Positions 32,175-41,428 of a stretch of 64,000 nt of DNA are shown piece by piece. Each line of letters opens with the position of its first letter. The stretch's first letter is position 1. This stretch comes from Syntrophales bacterium (lineage in GTDB: Bacteria; Desulfobacterota; Syntrophia; Syntrophales; UBA8958), in assembly GCA_026416455.1 (NCBI GenBank), contig JAOAFE010000002.1, positions 109,942 to 173,941 of the forward strand, given 5' to 3'. The notes beneath the pieces were generated by a model. It did no database searches. It was given only the letters and a program-made list of their open reading frames with translations, and was not told the DNA's origin. A program made the translations under genes and the position numbers.

Positions 32175-32751
32175 CCTTTTCCAGTCCCCTTACGATCACC
32201 TCTAAGTCGGGGCGCTTGTTGATATCGGATACGTGAAAGAAGCGGATCACACCTTTTTTATCGATAATGATTATAGCCCTTTCTGCCATACCGTCAGAGC
32301 GTAATATACCGTAGCGGCGAGCCACTTGGCCATGAGGATAAAAATCGGAGAGGACGGGAAACCATAAGCCTCCCATTTCCTTTAACCAGGCGTAGAGGGT
32401 AGGTATATTGTCGACACTGATGCCGATAAGAATTGCTTCGTATTCGTCAAACATGTCTTTTACGATGTTGTAGCCCGGCCATTGTTCAGAGCAGACGGGT
32501 GTCCAGGCGGCGGGAATGAAAGAAAGAACTACATTTTTCTTTCCTTGAAAGTCCTTTAACGATACGTGGCCTCCGTTGACAGCAGGTAAGGTAAAATTAG
32601 GTGCCCGTTGCCCAACTTTGAGATGGGTGTTACTGTCGCGGGGTTTTAATTTTTGAGGTGTATAGACCTTGTCCGAGAATTTGTCCGAAAGACCCCACGA
32701 AGGATGGGTCAGGAGAAAAGAAAGAGCAAGGATGATTAAAATTTTTTTCAT
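32140..32751 (-). CDS. Exported peroxiredoxin (AhpE/AhpC-TSA-like)
   Basis: Signal peptide; PAAWTPVC peroxidatic motif; LSDFYPHGQVA; ERA. Confidence 0.85.
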   Translation of the reverse strand: MKKILIILALSFLLTHPSWGLSDKFSDKVYTPQKLKPRDSNTHLKVGQRAPNFTLPAVNGGHVSLKDFQGKKNVVLSFIPAAWTPVCSEQWPGYNIVKDMFDEYEAILIGISVDNIPTLYAWLKEMGGLWFPVLSDFYPHGQVARRYGILRSDGMAERAIIIIDKKGVIRFFHVSDINKRPDLEVIVRGLEKVTSPRGRSPSP

Positions 32752-32761
32752 ATCTTTTTCC

Positions 32762-33346
32762 TCATTTCATGTCTGCTAATTTGACTATTTCGGTCAGGAA
32801 ATTATCAGCCCGATTAATCATGCCCAAGCGGCTGAGAATCACCCGGTGGGATCCATCTTTTTGAATTTTGACCCCGATAAAATACGGGGTGCGTACTTCA
32901 CCGAGGATTTTGTGTATCCTGAAATCGGGATCGGCAAGGAGGGGAAAAGGGATGCCGTACTTTTTCTTAAAAGTGGCTGCTTCGAATTCCGAGTTGCCGG
33001 CACCAATTCCTATTATCTTGACCTTCCCCTTCAATGCTTGGTTGCCTTCAATGAGCTTATATAACTCGTTCACATGGGGAGCATCCGCCTGGCAGTAAGA
33101 GCAGTACATGCTAAATACCTGAAGGATAACAAGCTCTGCCTTCAGTTCTGGGATGCGAAAACTACGGTTCAAAAAAGTCAGGCCCAAATAACTTCTATCA
33201 CCGCTCTCTTTTGGAGCGGGTAAGGTAAAATCCGGCAGTTTATCTCCGACAGCGGGAGGACCAGCCCATCCCGTTTGAAAGAGGCAAAAAATCAGAATTG
33301 TGAAGATGAGACTTAACCCTAATGCCCGCTTTTTCCCCTTACCCAT
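32762..33346 (-). CDS. Exported TlpA-like thioredoxin/redoxin
   Basis: Signal peptide from ATG 33346, PDFTLP, FSMYCSYC CxxC, cis-Pro motif RTPYF. Confidence 0.8.
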   Translation of the reverse strand: MGKGKKRALGLSLIFTILIFCLFQTGWAGPPAVGDKLPDFTLPAPKESGDRSYLGLTFLNRSFRIPELKAELVILQVFSMYCSYCQADAPHVNELYKLIEGNQALKGKVKIIGIGAGNSEFEAATFKKKYGIPFPLLADPDFRIHKILGEVRTPYFIGVKIQKDGSHRVILSRLGMINRADNFLTEIVKLADMK

Positions 33347-33432
33347 CTCTTTGCTCCCCCGTTCAAAATTAAGAGGGCCTACTTTTTTCAGTAGGCCCCT
33401 AAGATAGCTTGATTTCCAACCTTTGTCCAGTG

Positions 33433-34101
33433 TCAATGATGTGAGGTTGACCCTTTCTCTTCTTCGCCAAAGACAACTAATTCGCCCTTTTCTTCCATTT
33501 CTTTCAGCCATTTACCATGCTGTTTTTTGAGCCAGGCCCTCGTTACCCAACCGGTCGTCATGGCGGAAAGTGAACCCGGAGACCCAATCGTCCCCAGGTA
33601 CAGGTGAACGAAGAAAAACGGAAAAATAACGGCAAAGCCAAGGGCGTGAAGCATGTACATGAGGCGCACTAAACCAGGCGGGAAGAGGAGGGGAAACCAC
33701 ATGATCAATCCTGTGACAACCATGAGACTGCCGAAAATGGCAACGGCAAGGAAAAACATTTTCTGCCCCGGATTGTACTTTCCCACTTCCGGCACTTTAT
33801 CTACATGCCAGAGGTAACCACCGGCTACCTTTATCCATTCCAAATCTTCGGGCATGGAGAAGACGCCCGCTTCTTTCCACCACATGCGAATGGCAAAGTA
33901 GAGGGAAACTAAAAACCATAGACCGGTAAAATTATGGACGTATTTAAGAGACTTGAGGCCTCCCATCAGCGTTCCGATGAAATTGAAAGAGTGAAACATC
34001 ATACCCAGGCCCGTAATGCACAGAATGAGGCAGGAAATGGCCAAATTCCAATGAACGATTCTTTCAAAAGCGTCTGTGGCTTTGATCAGACCCTTTTTCA
34101 T
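33433..34101 (-). CDS. Formate dehydrogenase gamma subunit (cytochrome b)
   Basis: ERIVHW, KYNPGQK, four TM helices with His ligands; SD GGAGG before ATG 34101. Confidence 0.92.
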   Translation of the reverse strand: MKKGLIKATDAFERIVHWNLAISCLILCITGLGMMFHSFNFIGTLMGGLKSLKYVHNFTGLWFLVSLYFAIRMWWKEAGVFSMPEDLEWIKVAGGYLWHVDKVPEVGKYNPGQKMFFLAVAIFGSLMVVTGLIMWFPLLFPPGLVRLMYMLHALGFAVIFPFFFVHLYLGTIGSPGSLSAMTTGWVTRAWLKKQHGKWLKEMEEKGELVVFGEEEKGSTSHH

Positions 34102-34102
34102 G

Positions 34103-34891
34103 TCATTCACCTCCTTTCCCCACCTTGTCGTTGTTTTCGTCGGGTAGCTTGGGACCGTGGATTATGTAATGGAGCAAGGAGCCAGCGATGACGCCACCGG
34201 CAGCAATGAGGCTCAAGGGTTTGAGAATATCTTTCCAAATTACGATCGTAGCTGGTACGGACGGTTTTGAAGGCAAACCGTAAACCCGAGGTTTTTCTTC
34301 CAAAACGTAGACGACGTGTGTTCCTCCGACGAATTTGTCGCCATACACGCTCGCCTCACCTCCTAATTCTTTTGCCCTGGCATGGGCTTTCTTAAGCATT
34401 ACCTGTTTTTCACCAAAAGTAACGGCTCCCGTTGGACATGCCTTGGCACAAGCTGGAATTAGGTCTGCCTTGATGCGAGAGTAACACAGGTCACACTTGT
34501 AGATTTTATCCGTTGCTTTATCGTACCTTGGTATATCGAAGGGGCAAGCGGAAATGCACTCTTTACAACCGATGCATTTTTCCGTGTTGACAGCGACGGT
34601 ACCCACATCAGTATGGTACAGGGCCCCACTGGGACATACTTTTACGCACGCGGCGTCCGTACAGTGCATGCAACCGTCTTTTCTAAAAATCCACTTTACC
34701 CGATCTTTATCCGCTATTTCGCTAAAGCGGATGAGCGTCCAGGTGTTGGCCTGAAGATCCGGGGGGTTTTGATATGTGCCGTAATTAACGGTCTGTTTGG
34801 CAGGGAGTCCATTCCACTGTTTGCATGCCAGCTGACAACCCCGGCATCCCGTACATTTGGATACATCAATGAGTTTGATATATTCCGTCAT
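34103..34891 (-). CDS. Formate dehydrogenase beta (4x[4Fe-4S]) subunit
   Basis: CTGCRGCQLAC, CMHCTDAACVKVCP, CIGCKECISACP, KCDLC...CAKACP, C-terminal TM anchor. Confidence 0.94.
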   Translation of the reverse strand: MTEYIKLIDVSKCTGCRGCQLACKQWNGLPAKQTVNYGTYQNPPDLQANTWTLIRFSEIADKDRVKWIFRKDGCMHCTDAACVKVCPSGALYHTDVGTVAVNTEKCIGCKECISACPFDIPRYDKATDKIYKCDLCYSRIKADLIPACAKACPTGAVTFGEKQVMLKKAHARAKELGGEASVYGDKFVGGTHVVYVLEEKPRVYGLPSKPSVPATIVIWKDILKPLSLIAAGGVIAGSLLHYIIHGPKLPDENNDKVGKGGE

Positions 34892-34907
34892 GGTTTATCT
34901 CACCCCC

Positions 34908-37900
34908 TTACTTTTTTATGACATTGACCATGAACGCCTTGGACTCGGGTATCATGGTGTTGGGATCGCCGATAAATGGAGTTAATAGATTCGCCGCGTC
35001 GCCTTCTGTGAAGATTTCCGGTTTTTTGTCTCCGGGGTAGTATTTCCGGTTTTTGGACGTAATCCAACCGAAGTGCCAGGGGATACCTACCTGGTGGATG
35101 ATCTTACCATCAATATTTAGAGGCTTGAGGCGCGGTGTTACGATGGCAGTAGCTTCCACTTCTCCCCGGGCGGATTTGACGACGACTTTATCTCCATTAG
35201 AGATGCCCTTCTCTCTGGCAAGCTCTATACTAATTTCACAGAACATACCGGGCTGCATTTCGGCCAGCCACGGGCACCACCTCGTTAATACGCCTGTCTG
35301 CCAGTGTTCGCTCACACGGTAGGTGGAACACACGAAGGGGAACCGTGGATCGCACGCATCAACACTGGCAAAGGCATCGAGATCGGAGCCGACCCCCGCT
35401 TTGTCGAAGCGTTTAATGACCGGATTGTGTTTCTGGGGAGATAGGATGTTCTTGTCCACAGGACATTCCAAGGGTTCGTAATGTTCTGGGAACGGACCAT
35501 CCGCCAAACCGGGTCCGAAGAGACTGGCCACACCATCCGGCTTCATGATGAATGGGGGGCGGCCGGAGCCGGGATCGCCGACTCCATCTGGGACGTCACC
35601 AATCCATTTTTCACCATTCCAGATGATGACCGGAGTCTTCTTGTTCCAAGGCTCTCCTTTTAGGTCTACGGAGGCACCGTTGTAGAGGATGCGACGGTTG
35701 ACAGGCCAGCACCACGCCCACTCAGAGTAAAGACCGATGCCGGAGGCGTCTTTGTTTATCCGCCTCATAGCCAGAATGCCTTTTTCTGATACGGAACCGC
35801 AGTATATCCAACAACCGGAAGAAGTAGAGCCATCGTCTTGGAGCCACGCGAAGGCAGGCACCAAATCGCCCTTCTTGAATTCTCTGAACTCTCCCTTCTT
35901 AAAGGGATTTTCCACTTTTTTATCTTCCAAGAAGTAGCCGTTTATTTCCGCGGCAACCATTCTCGGGTCGTAATGGAAGTGGCCAGTTAGAGTCTTCTTG
36001 CCGTAAGGCCAAGTTAATTTCGTGATTGCTTCTTTGTGGGGACCACCTTCCTTTTCGTAGAGTTCTTTGACCCGGAAGAAAAGCTCACTCATAATATCTC
36101 CGTCCGGTTTAGCTTCTCCCGGCGGATCGATAGCCTTATACCGCCACTGTTGCCAGCGGCCACTGTTGGCTATGCTTCCCTCTTTCTCGATGGAAGAGGC
36201 GCAAGGAAGTAAGAATACTTCCGTTTTTATTTTAGTGGGATCCATACCAGGGCCTCGCCAGAAGGAACCTGTTTCATTGTCGAAGAGATTTACGTTCACG
36301 AGCCAATCGAGCTTTGTTAGGGCTTGACGTACCTTGTTTGAATGGGCACCGCTGCAGGCCGGGTTCATACCCCAGGCAAAGAAGCCGGTGAATTTACCTT
36401 TGTACATTTGATCGAAAATCATGAGCCAGGAGTAATTAGCCCCGTCATCGAGTTTGGGCATGAGCTGGTAGGCTTCTTCCAGACTTACGTTGGTGCCGTA
36501 CATGGCCCGCAAGAAGCTAGCCGAATATTTAGGAAAGTTTTTCCACCAGTTTAGACTTTTTTCTTCCTTCGTTTGCGGTGTTCTCTTTTCGTTAAAGTCC
36601 TTTAAGGTTTTCATTGAGGCCGTAGGCGCCCCTAAGTAGCCCGGCCAGATGTGAAAGAGGAGGCCATGGTCGGTTGAGCCCTGAACGTTAGATTCTCCTC
36701 TCATGGCCGCAATGCCACCTCCGGCAATTCCAATATTGCCTAAAAGCAGCTGAATGATAGCCATGGCCCTTACCGTCTGGGTGCCAGTTGTGTGCTGCGT
36801 CCAGCCCATAGCGTAGAGCTCGACTCCCGCCTTATCTGGACGACCCGTGGAGGCATAAAGCTTATAGATTTCTTCCAGTTTATCCTTGGGAGTGCCGGTA
36901 ATCCGGGAGACGATGTCTAAGGTGTAACGGCCGTACTGCTTTTTCAGCAACTGGAACACGCAGTTGGGGTCCTGCAAGGTTGGATCTTTCTTAATGACCC
37001 CTTTCGCATCCGTTTGGTAGGACCACGTCTCTTTGTTGTACTTATTTCCTTACGTATTCTTCAAAGTAGAGATTGTTATCGAGGATGTATTTTATCATCC
37101 CACCCAAAAAGGCGATGTCCGTACCGGGACGGATAGGGGCATAGATATGAGCTCTCGCTGCCGATTGCGTAAAGCGGGGATCGACACAGATGATTTTAGC
37201 TCCCTTTTTGTCCACCGCTTCTTGAATCCATTTGAAGGCCACGGGATGGTTGGAGGCAGGGTTACTGCCCATGATAAGAAACACGTCACTGTTCTTAAAA
37301 TCAATCCAGTGATTGGTCATTGCGCCGCGTCCGAACGACTCTGCCAGAGCCGGTACAGTCGGGCTGTGTCAGATCCGGGCCTGGTGTTCTATGTATACCA
37401 GGCCCAATCCTCTCAAGAATTTTTGATAGGTAAAACATTCCTCCAAGTCGAGAGCAGCACTGCCCACGGAGGCGATGCCTTCTGTTCGATTGACGATTTC
37501 ACCCTTTTCGTTGGTCGCGCGGAAGCTGGCATCCCGGCTTTTCTTTATGAGGTGCGCGATTTTGTCGAGAGCCCAATCCCAATCCACTTCTTTCCACTCC
37601 GTTGCGTATGGAGCTCGGTACAGGGGTTTGGTCAATCGGTTTTCGTTTACGGCTATTTGGTAAATGGATCCGCCCTTGCTACAGAGGGCACCACGATTGA
37701 TGGGACTGTCGGGATCACCTTCCGTGTTTACCACCTTACCACGTCGAGTGGATACAATGATGCTGCATCCCACCGAGCAGTATGGACAGATCGTCGTCGT
37801 TTCCTTAGCATATTGGATCTTTAAGGGCTGGGCGTAAGCGGAGATAGGCTTCAAGCTCAAACCGATACCGCTACCCGCCAAGGCTGCCCCCGAGATCTTC

Positions 37901-37926
37901 AGGAAACCTCGCCTCGTGACATCCAT
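34908..37926 (-). pseudogene. fdnG: Selenocysteine formate dehydrogenase alpha subunit (FdnG/FdhA type), frameshifted
   Basis: Tat signal MDVTRRGFLK, CPYCSVGC, EHQARI-UGA-HSPTV, then a stop at 37042-37044; the remainder (NKYNKETW...AMGWTQH...RGESNVQG) continues in the +1 frame from 37046 to 34908. Could be an assembly artefact. Confidence 0.8.
37336..37371 (-). promoter_or_regulatory. Sec codon (TGA 37371-37369) and bacterial SECIS hairpin
   Basis: In-frame TGA at the metal-ligand position; 16 nt downstream CGGCTCT-GGC-AGAGTCG stem-loop with G in the apical loop. Confidence 0.85.
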
Positions 37927-38150
37927 CGGCCAATGCTCCTTTCCTAAGATTTTATGGTTAGCAAATCTCACAGGTGGGTTTTTCTGGCCACCGCGGAGAT
38001 GTCGCCTTCACCTATAACAACGTAAAAAAACTGTCAATCTCAATTTTCCCTCACGGTAAAATCATGACCGTCATCCAACTCATTTACAGGTTTCTATGAC
38101 AGGGCAACTGTGGTATGCAAATGGGCGAGGTCAAAAGGGAGGAAGATAAG

Positions 38151-38903
38151 ATGAAAGAGTTAGAAGGTAAAGTGGCATTGGTGACGGGAGGAGGTTCTGG
38201 CATCGGCCGGGCGACGGCCGTCCTCTTGGCTCGGCGGGGTGCCCGGGTGGTGGTAAGTGACTACAACTGGGAGGCAGCCCGACAGACGTGTGGCATCATT
38301 GACGCGGAAGGGGGAGAAGCTCTACCCGTCCAGACGGATGTGAGAATCGCCCGTGAGGTAGAGGAAATGGTTAAGGAGACGGTAGATAAGTTCGGTCGAC
38401 TCGATTGTGCTTTTAACAACGCAGGAGCAAGCCATCCGTGGGCGAGGCTCGCCCGTATTTCCGAGGAAGATTTTGATCGAACAATGGACACGAACGTAAA
38501 AGGTGTTTTCCTGTCCATGAAGTATGAAATCCCGATTATGCAGCGCCAGGGAGGAGGGGTCATTATCAATTGTGCCTCCTCTGCCGCCAACCGAGCCTCG
38601 GATCGACTTTCCGTCTACAGTGCGAGTAAATTCGCCGTCCTCGGTCTAACTAATGCAGCGGCGATAGAATACGGTAAGGATAACATCAGGATTGTAGCCA
38701 TCTCTCCCGGTTGGATAGAGACACCACCGGTTCAAGAGTTGATGAACAAGGAGAAGACGGGAGAGATTCTCCAAAAGATGATTCCACTTGGGCGGTTGGG
38801 AAAGCCGGAAGAGGTGGCGGAATTAGTTTGTTGGCTTGCTTCGGATCGAGCCTCCTATATCTCCGGTGGGAATATCATGATTACAGCCGGTATGAACCTG
38901 TAA
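38151..38903 (+). CDS. Short-chain dehydrogenase/reductase
   Basis: TGGGSGIG, NNAG, YSASK, PGWIET; SD GGGAGG. Confidence 0.93.
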   Translation: MKELEGKVALVTGGGSGIGRATAVLLARRGARVVVSDYNWEAARQTCGIIDAEGGEALPVQTDVRIAREVEEMVKETVDKFGRLDCAFNNAGASHPWARLARISEEDFDRTMDTNVKGVFLSMKYEIPIMQRQGGGVIINCASSAANRASDRLSVYSASKFAVLGLTNAAAIEYGKDNIRIVAISPGWIETPPVQELMNKEKTGEILQKMIPLGRLGKPEEVAELVCWLASDRASYISGGNIMITAGMNL

Positions 38904-40168
38904 TGGGAGAGAAAAGAATATTTTACGGCTGGATTATCGTCGCCGTCTCTTTTTTAAATCTAGCAGTAGTCTTCGGTATTTGGTACTCCTTCTCCGTTTT
39001 TCTCGTTGCCGTAGCCAAAGATTTCGGTTGGCAGAGGGCGGAGACATCGGGGGTGTTTTCAGTTTTCATGGTCGTCCAGTCCCTCGCGGCGGTAATCGTT
39101 GGGGCATTCATTGATCGGCTCGGACCCAGGATCGTTTTCCCGGCCGCCACAGTTTTGGTTGCCGGAGGGCTCTTACTTACGAGTACCATCAATAGTCTCC
39201 TTGAATATTATCTGTGGTACGGTTTTTTAACCCCGATTGGTATCTGCGCCATTGGCTATATTGCCCATAGTATTGTCTTGCCCCGGTGGTTCGAGAAAAA
39301 GAGAGGATTAGCCATCGGGATTGCTATGGCCGGCGTGGGAGTGGGGATGCAGCTCTTAGTTCCCCTCGCGCAGCACATGATCAACCTCTGGGGATGGAGG
39401 GAGGCCTATCGCGTTCTGGCGTGTTTTACCTTTTTGGCCCTGTTTTTTCCGAATGCCTTTCTTCAGAGGAGAAATCCCGAAGCGATGGGATTGACACCGG
39501 ACGGAGGTACCCCTGCGTCAGAGATAACAGCTACTTCCCCAGTCCGACGCCACGTTACACAGCCGGTGGCAGGTACGATGGGGGAAGCGATACGTACTCT
39601 TTCTTTTTGGTTTCTTGTAGCGAGCTCTTTTTTCACCTCTTGGGCTATTCAGAGCACCCTCATTCACCAGGTAGCAGCTGTTGTGGAGAAGGGTTTTTCT
39701 GCAGCCCGAGGGGCTTTTTTCTTTGGTCTTGCTGGCATTATCGGCTCTATCGGGAAGATAGGTTTTGGCTATCTTTCCGACCGCTTAGGTAGGGAACCGG
39801 CGTTCGCCTTGGGAATGGCATCGGCCATTTTGGGCGTTTTGAGTTTGGTCTTACTTTGCCCTCAGGCACCCATCTTCCTCTACCTTTATGCGATTTTATT
39901 CGGCCTCGGCTACGGCTCTATCGCCCCGATCTTTCCCGCCCGCTCGGCTGACTTTTTCTTAGGGCCCGATTTCGGTAAGATTGTGGGCATCTTTTCCCTC
40001 ATGGGTGGTATGGGAGGAGCATTGGGTGTTTGGTTGAGTGGAAAGATATTCGACCTCACAGGTGGTTATAATGTTTCTCTTTTCGTTTCGATTGGTTGTA
40101 TGATGGCAAACGTGGCCTTCTTTTCTCTCGCCGGCAAGAAGGCCAGAAGATTGCATTCCAGAGGGTGA
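38903..40168 (+). CDS. MFS transporter (OFA/MCT-like)
   Basis: FYGWIIV start, GAFIDRLGPR and GYLSDRLGRE motif A, about 12 TM; ATG 38903 overlaps the SDR stop. Confidence 0.9.
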   Translation: MGEKRIFYGWIIVAVSFLNLAVVFGIWYSFSVFLVAVAKDFGWQRAETSGVFSVFMVVQSLAAVIVGAFIDRLGPRIVFPAATVLVAGGLLLTSTINSLLEYYLWYGFLTPIGICAIGYIAHSIVLPRWFEKKRGLAIGIAMAGVGVGMQLLVPLAQHMINLWGWREAYRVLACFTFLALFFPNAFLQRRNPEAMGLTPDGGTPASEITATSPVRRHVTQPVAGTMGEAIRTLSFWFLVASSFFTSWAIQSTLIHQVAAVVEKGFSAARGAFFFGLAGIIGSIGKIGFGYLSDRLGREPAFALGMASAILGVLSLVLLCPQAPIFLYLYAILFGLGYGSIAPIFPARSADFFLGPDFGKIVGIFSLMGGMGGALGVWLSGKIFDLTGGYNVSLFVSIGCMMANVAFFSLAGKKARRLHSRG

Positions 40169-40172
40169 TATT

Positions 40173-40595
40173 ATGATGAAAGATTATCCATCTTACCTTT
40201 TGCGGCTTTTGCAGGGGGAGAAAGTTAATCCCTTTCTCGATTTTCTTCAGGTGGAAATAAGGGAACTAGGCGAAGGAAAAGCGGTTTTCTCCATGCCGAT
40301 TCGTCGGGCCTATCTTCAAGGGGCCGGATATGTTCAGGGTGGAATCATGGTGGCCTTGGCGGATGAGACGATTGCCCATGCCGTCATGACGCGCCTTACG
40401 GTGGGTGAGGGTCTTATGACGTTAGAGTTGAAAAGCGATTTTTTGGCGCCGGTAAAAGAAGGTAATCTCATCGCTCACGCACAGGTGTTTAAAAAGGGAC
40501 GAACGATTGCGATCGGTGATTGTCTCGTAAAAGATGAAGACGAACGCAACCTTCTGCGGGTTACGGCCACATTTATGATCTTTCGAGCAGAATAA
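40173..40595 (+). CDS. PaaI-family hotdog thioesterase
   Basis: NPFLDFL, GYVQGGIMVALADE, FLAPV, GRTIA. Confidence 0.88.
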   Translation: MMKDYPSYLLRLLQGEKVNPFLDFLQVEIRELGEGKAVFSMPIRRAYLQGAGYVQGGIMVALADETIAHAVMTRLTVGEGLMTLELKSDFLAPVKEGNLIAHAQVFKKGRTIAIGDCLVKDEDERNLLRVTATFMIFRAE

Positions 40596-40625
40596 AAAAC
40601 GCCCCGTCCCTTTGGGAGCGGGGCG
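40594..40625 (-). terminator. Intrinsic terminator (minus strand, possibly bidirectional)
   Basis: CGCCCCG-TCCC-TTT-GGGA-G-CGGGGCG hairpin flanked by an A6 tract (U-tract on the minus strand) between convergent genes. Confidence 0.8.
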
Positions 40626-40642
40626 AGGGAGAGAAGATATAT

Positions 40643-40885
40643 CTAAACCTCTTTCCTCTTTTGCCATGCCTCTTGGTAGAGACGCCCTACCGTAGTGACA
40701 ATGGCGAGGAAGAAGAGTCCTAACATAAACGAAGGCGCCGTCCCAAACTGCTCATCCAGAAGATAACCAATGTACAGAAACCCCACAGAAGCACAGGCAA
40801 TTACCATCCCCCAGGCACTCAACATCAGGATATGCCCCCATCGAAAAATGCCTCCCATCTCCTGTCGTCGCATCCTCGTCGCCAT
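40643..40885 (-). CDS. AtpZ/AtpI-family small membrane protein (orphan)
   Basis: Two TM helices with IGYLLDEQFGTAP (G-x-x-LD-x-x-FGT-x-P signature); SD AAGGAGG. Confidence 0.78.
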   Translation of the reverse strand: MATRMRRQEMGGIFRWGHILMLSAWGMVIACASVGFLYIGYLLDEQFGTAPSFMLGLFFLAIVTTVGRLYQEAWQKRKEV

Positions 40886-40931
40886 AACAACACCTCCTTA
40901 AAAATCATCACCGTCCGTTAACCATATTTAA

Positions 40932-40948
40932 TGCTTAAAACATGCCAA
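40932..40948 (-). promoter_or_regulatory. Putative sigma54 (-24/-12) promoter
   Basis: Minus strand TTGGCATGTTTTAAGCA = GG-N10-GC; IHF-like site at 40964-40977 upstream. Confidence 0.6.
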
Positions 40949-41055
40949 CGAGGAGATTGGTGGTAACCCATTGAAAATAGGCAACATAACAATGAACGTT
41001 GGACATTTTGTCTATACGATTCGTTCAACCCATTGAACAAAACGAGCAAAATGAC

Positions 41056-41084
41056 TTGACAGTGTTGGGAATCGTCAGTAATTT
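41056..41084 (+). promoter_or_regulatory. Sigma70 promoter of the TM1266-hydG unit
   Basis: TTGACA-17 nt-TAATTT. Confidence 0.7.
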
Positions 41085-41147
41085 TAAAATCACAAAAGGT
41101 GTTTTCCTGAGATCAAGGGAGAAACCTGAGATTGAGGGTGTAGGTAG

Positions 41148-41405
41148 ATGGAAAAGAAGGTTGGAATTGTCGGTATCGTAATCCGGGAGAGACAAAAGAA
41201 TGCCTCCCGCGTCAATGCTATTCTCTCCGCCCATTCCGATATCATTATCGGGCGCATGGGCCTTCCGCAGAGGCACGAGGATATTGGGCTCATTTCTCTC
41301 TTTGTCGAAGGAAACACGGATAGAATAGGATCTCTAACGGGCAAACTGGGTACCATTGAGGGGGTCACGGTGAAGAGCCTCCTCATATCTCTGTCCGTCG
41401 AGTGA
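41148..41405 (+). CDS. TM1266-family 'iron-only hydrogenase system regulator' (ACT/NikR-C-like)
   Basis: KVGIVGIVI, VNAILS, IIGRMGLP, LTGKLG-x-IEGVTVKS; directly upstream of hydG. Confidence 0.88.
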   Translation: MEKKVGIVGIVIRERQKNASRVNAILSAHSDIIIGRMGLPQRHEDIGLISLFVEGNTDRIGSLTGKLGTIEGVTVKSLLISLSVE

Positions 41406-41428
41406 GAACGGAGAGAAAGGAGAGGAGA

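Noticed and set aside
32480-32520. Selenocysteine in the peroxiredoxin
   Set aside because: The peroxidatic codon is TGC (Cys) and no convincing SECIS follows
37033-37824. 263-aa plus-strand ORF
   Set aside because: Antisense shadow of fdh alpha with no recognisable motifs; the same applies to most short overlapping ORFs in the track
41090-41147. Canonical TPP riboswitch feature call
   Set aside because: P2 complement and P5 stem-loop are missing and the element is too short; kept only as a speculative finding
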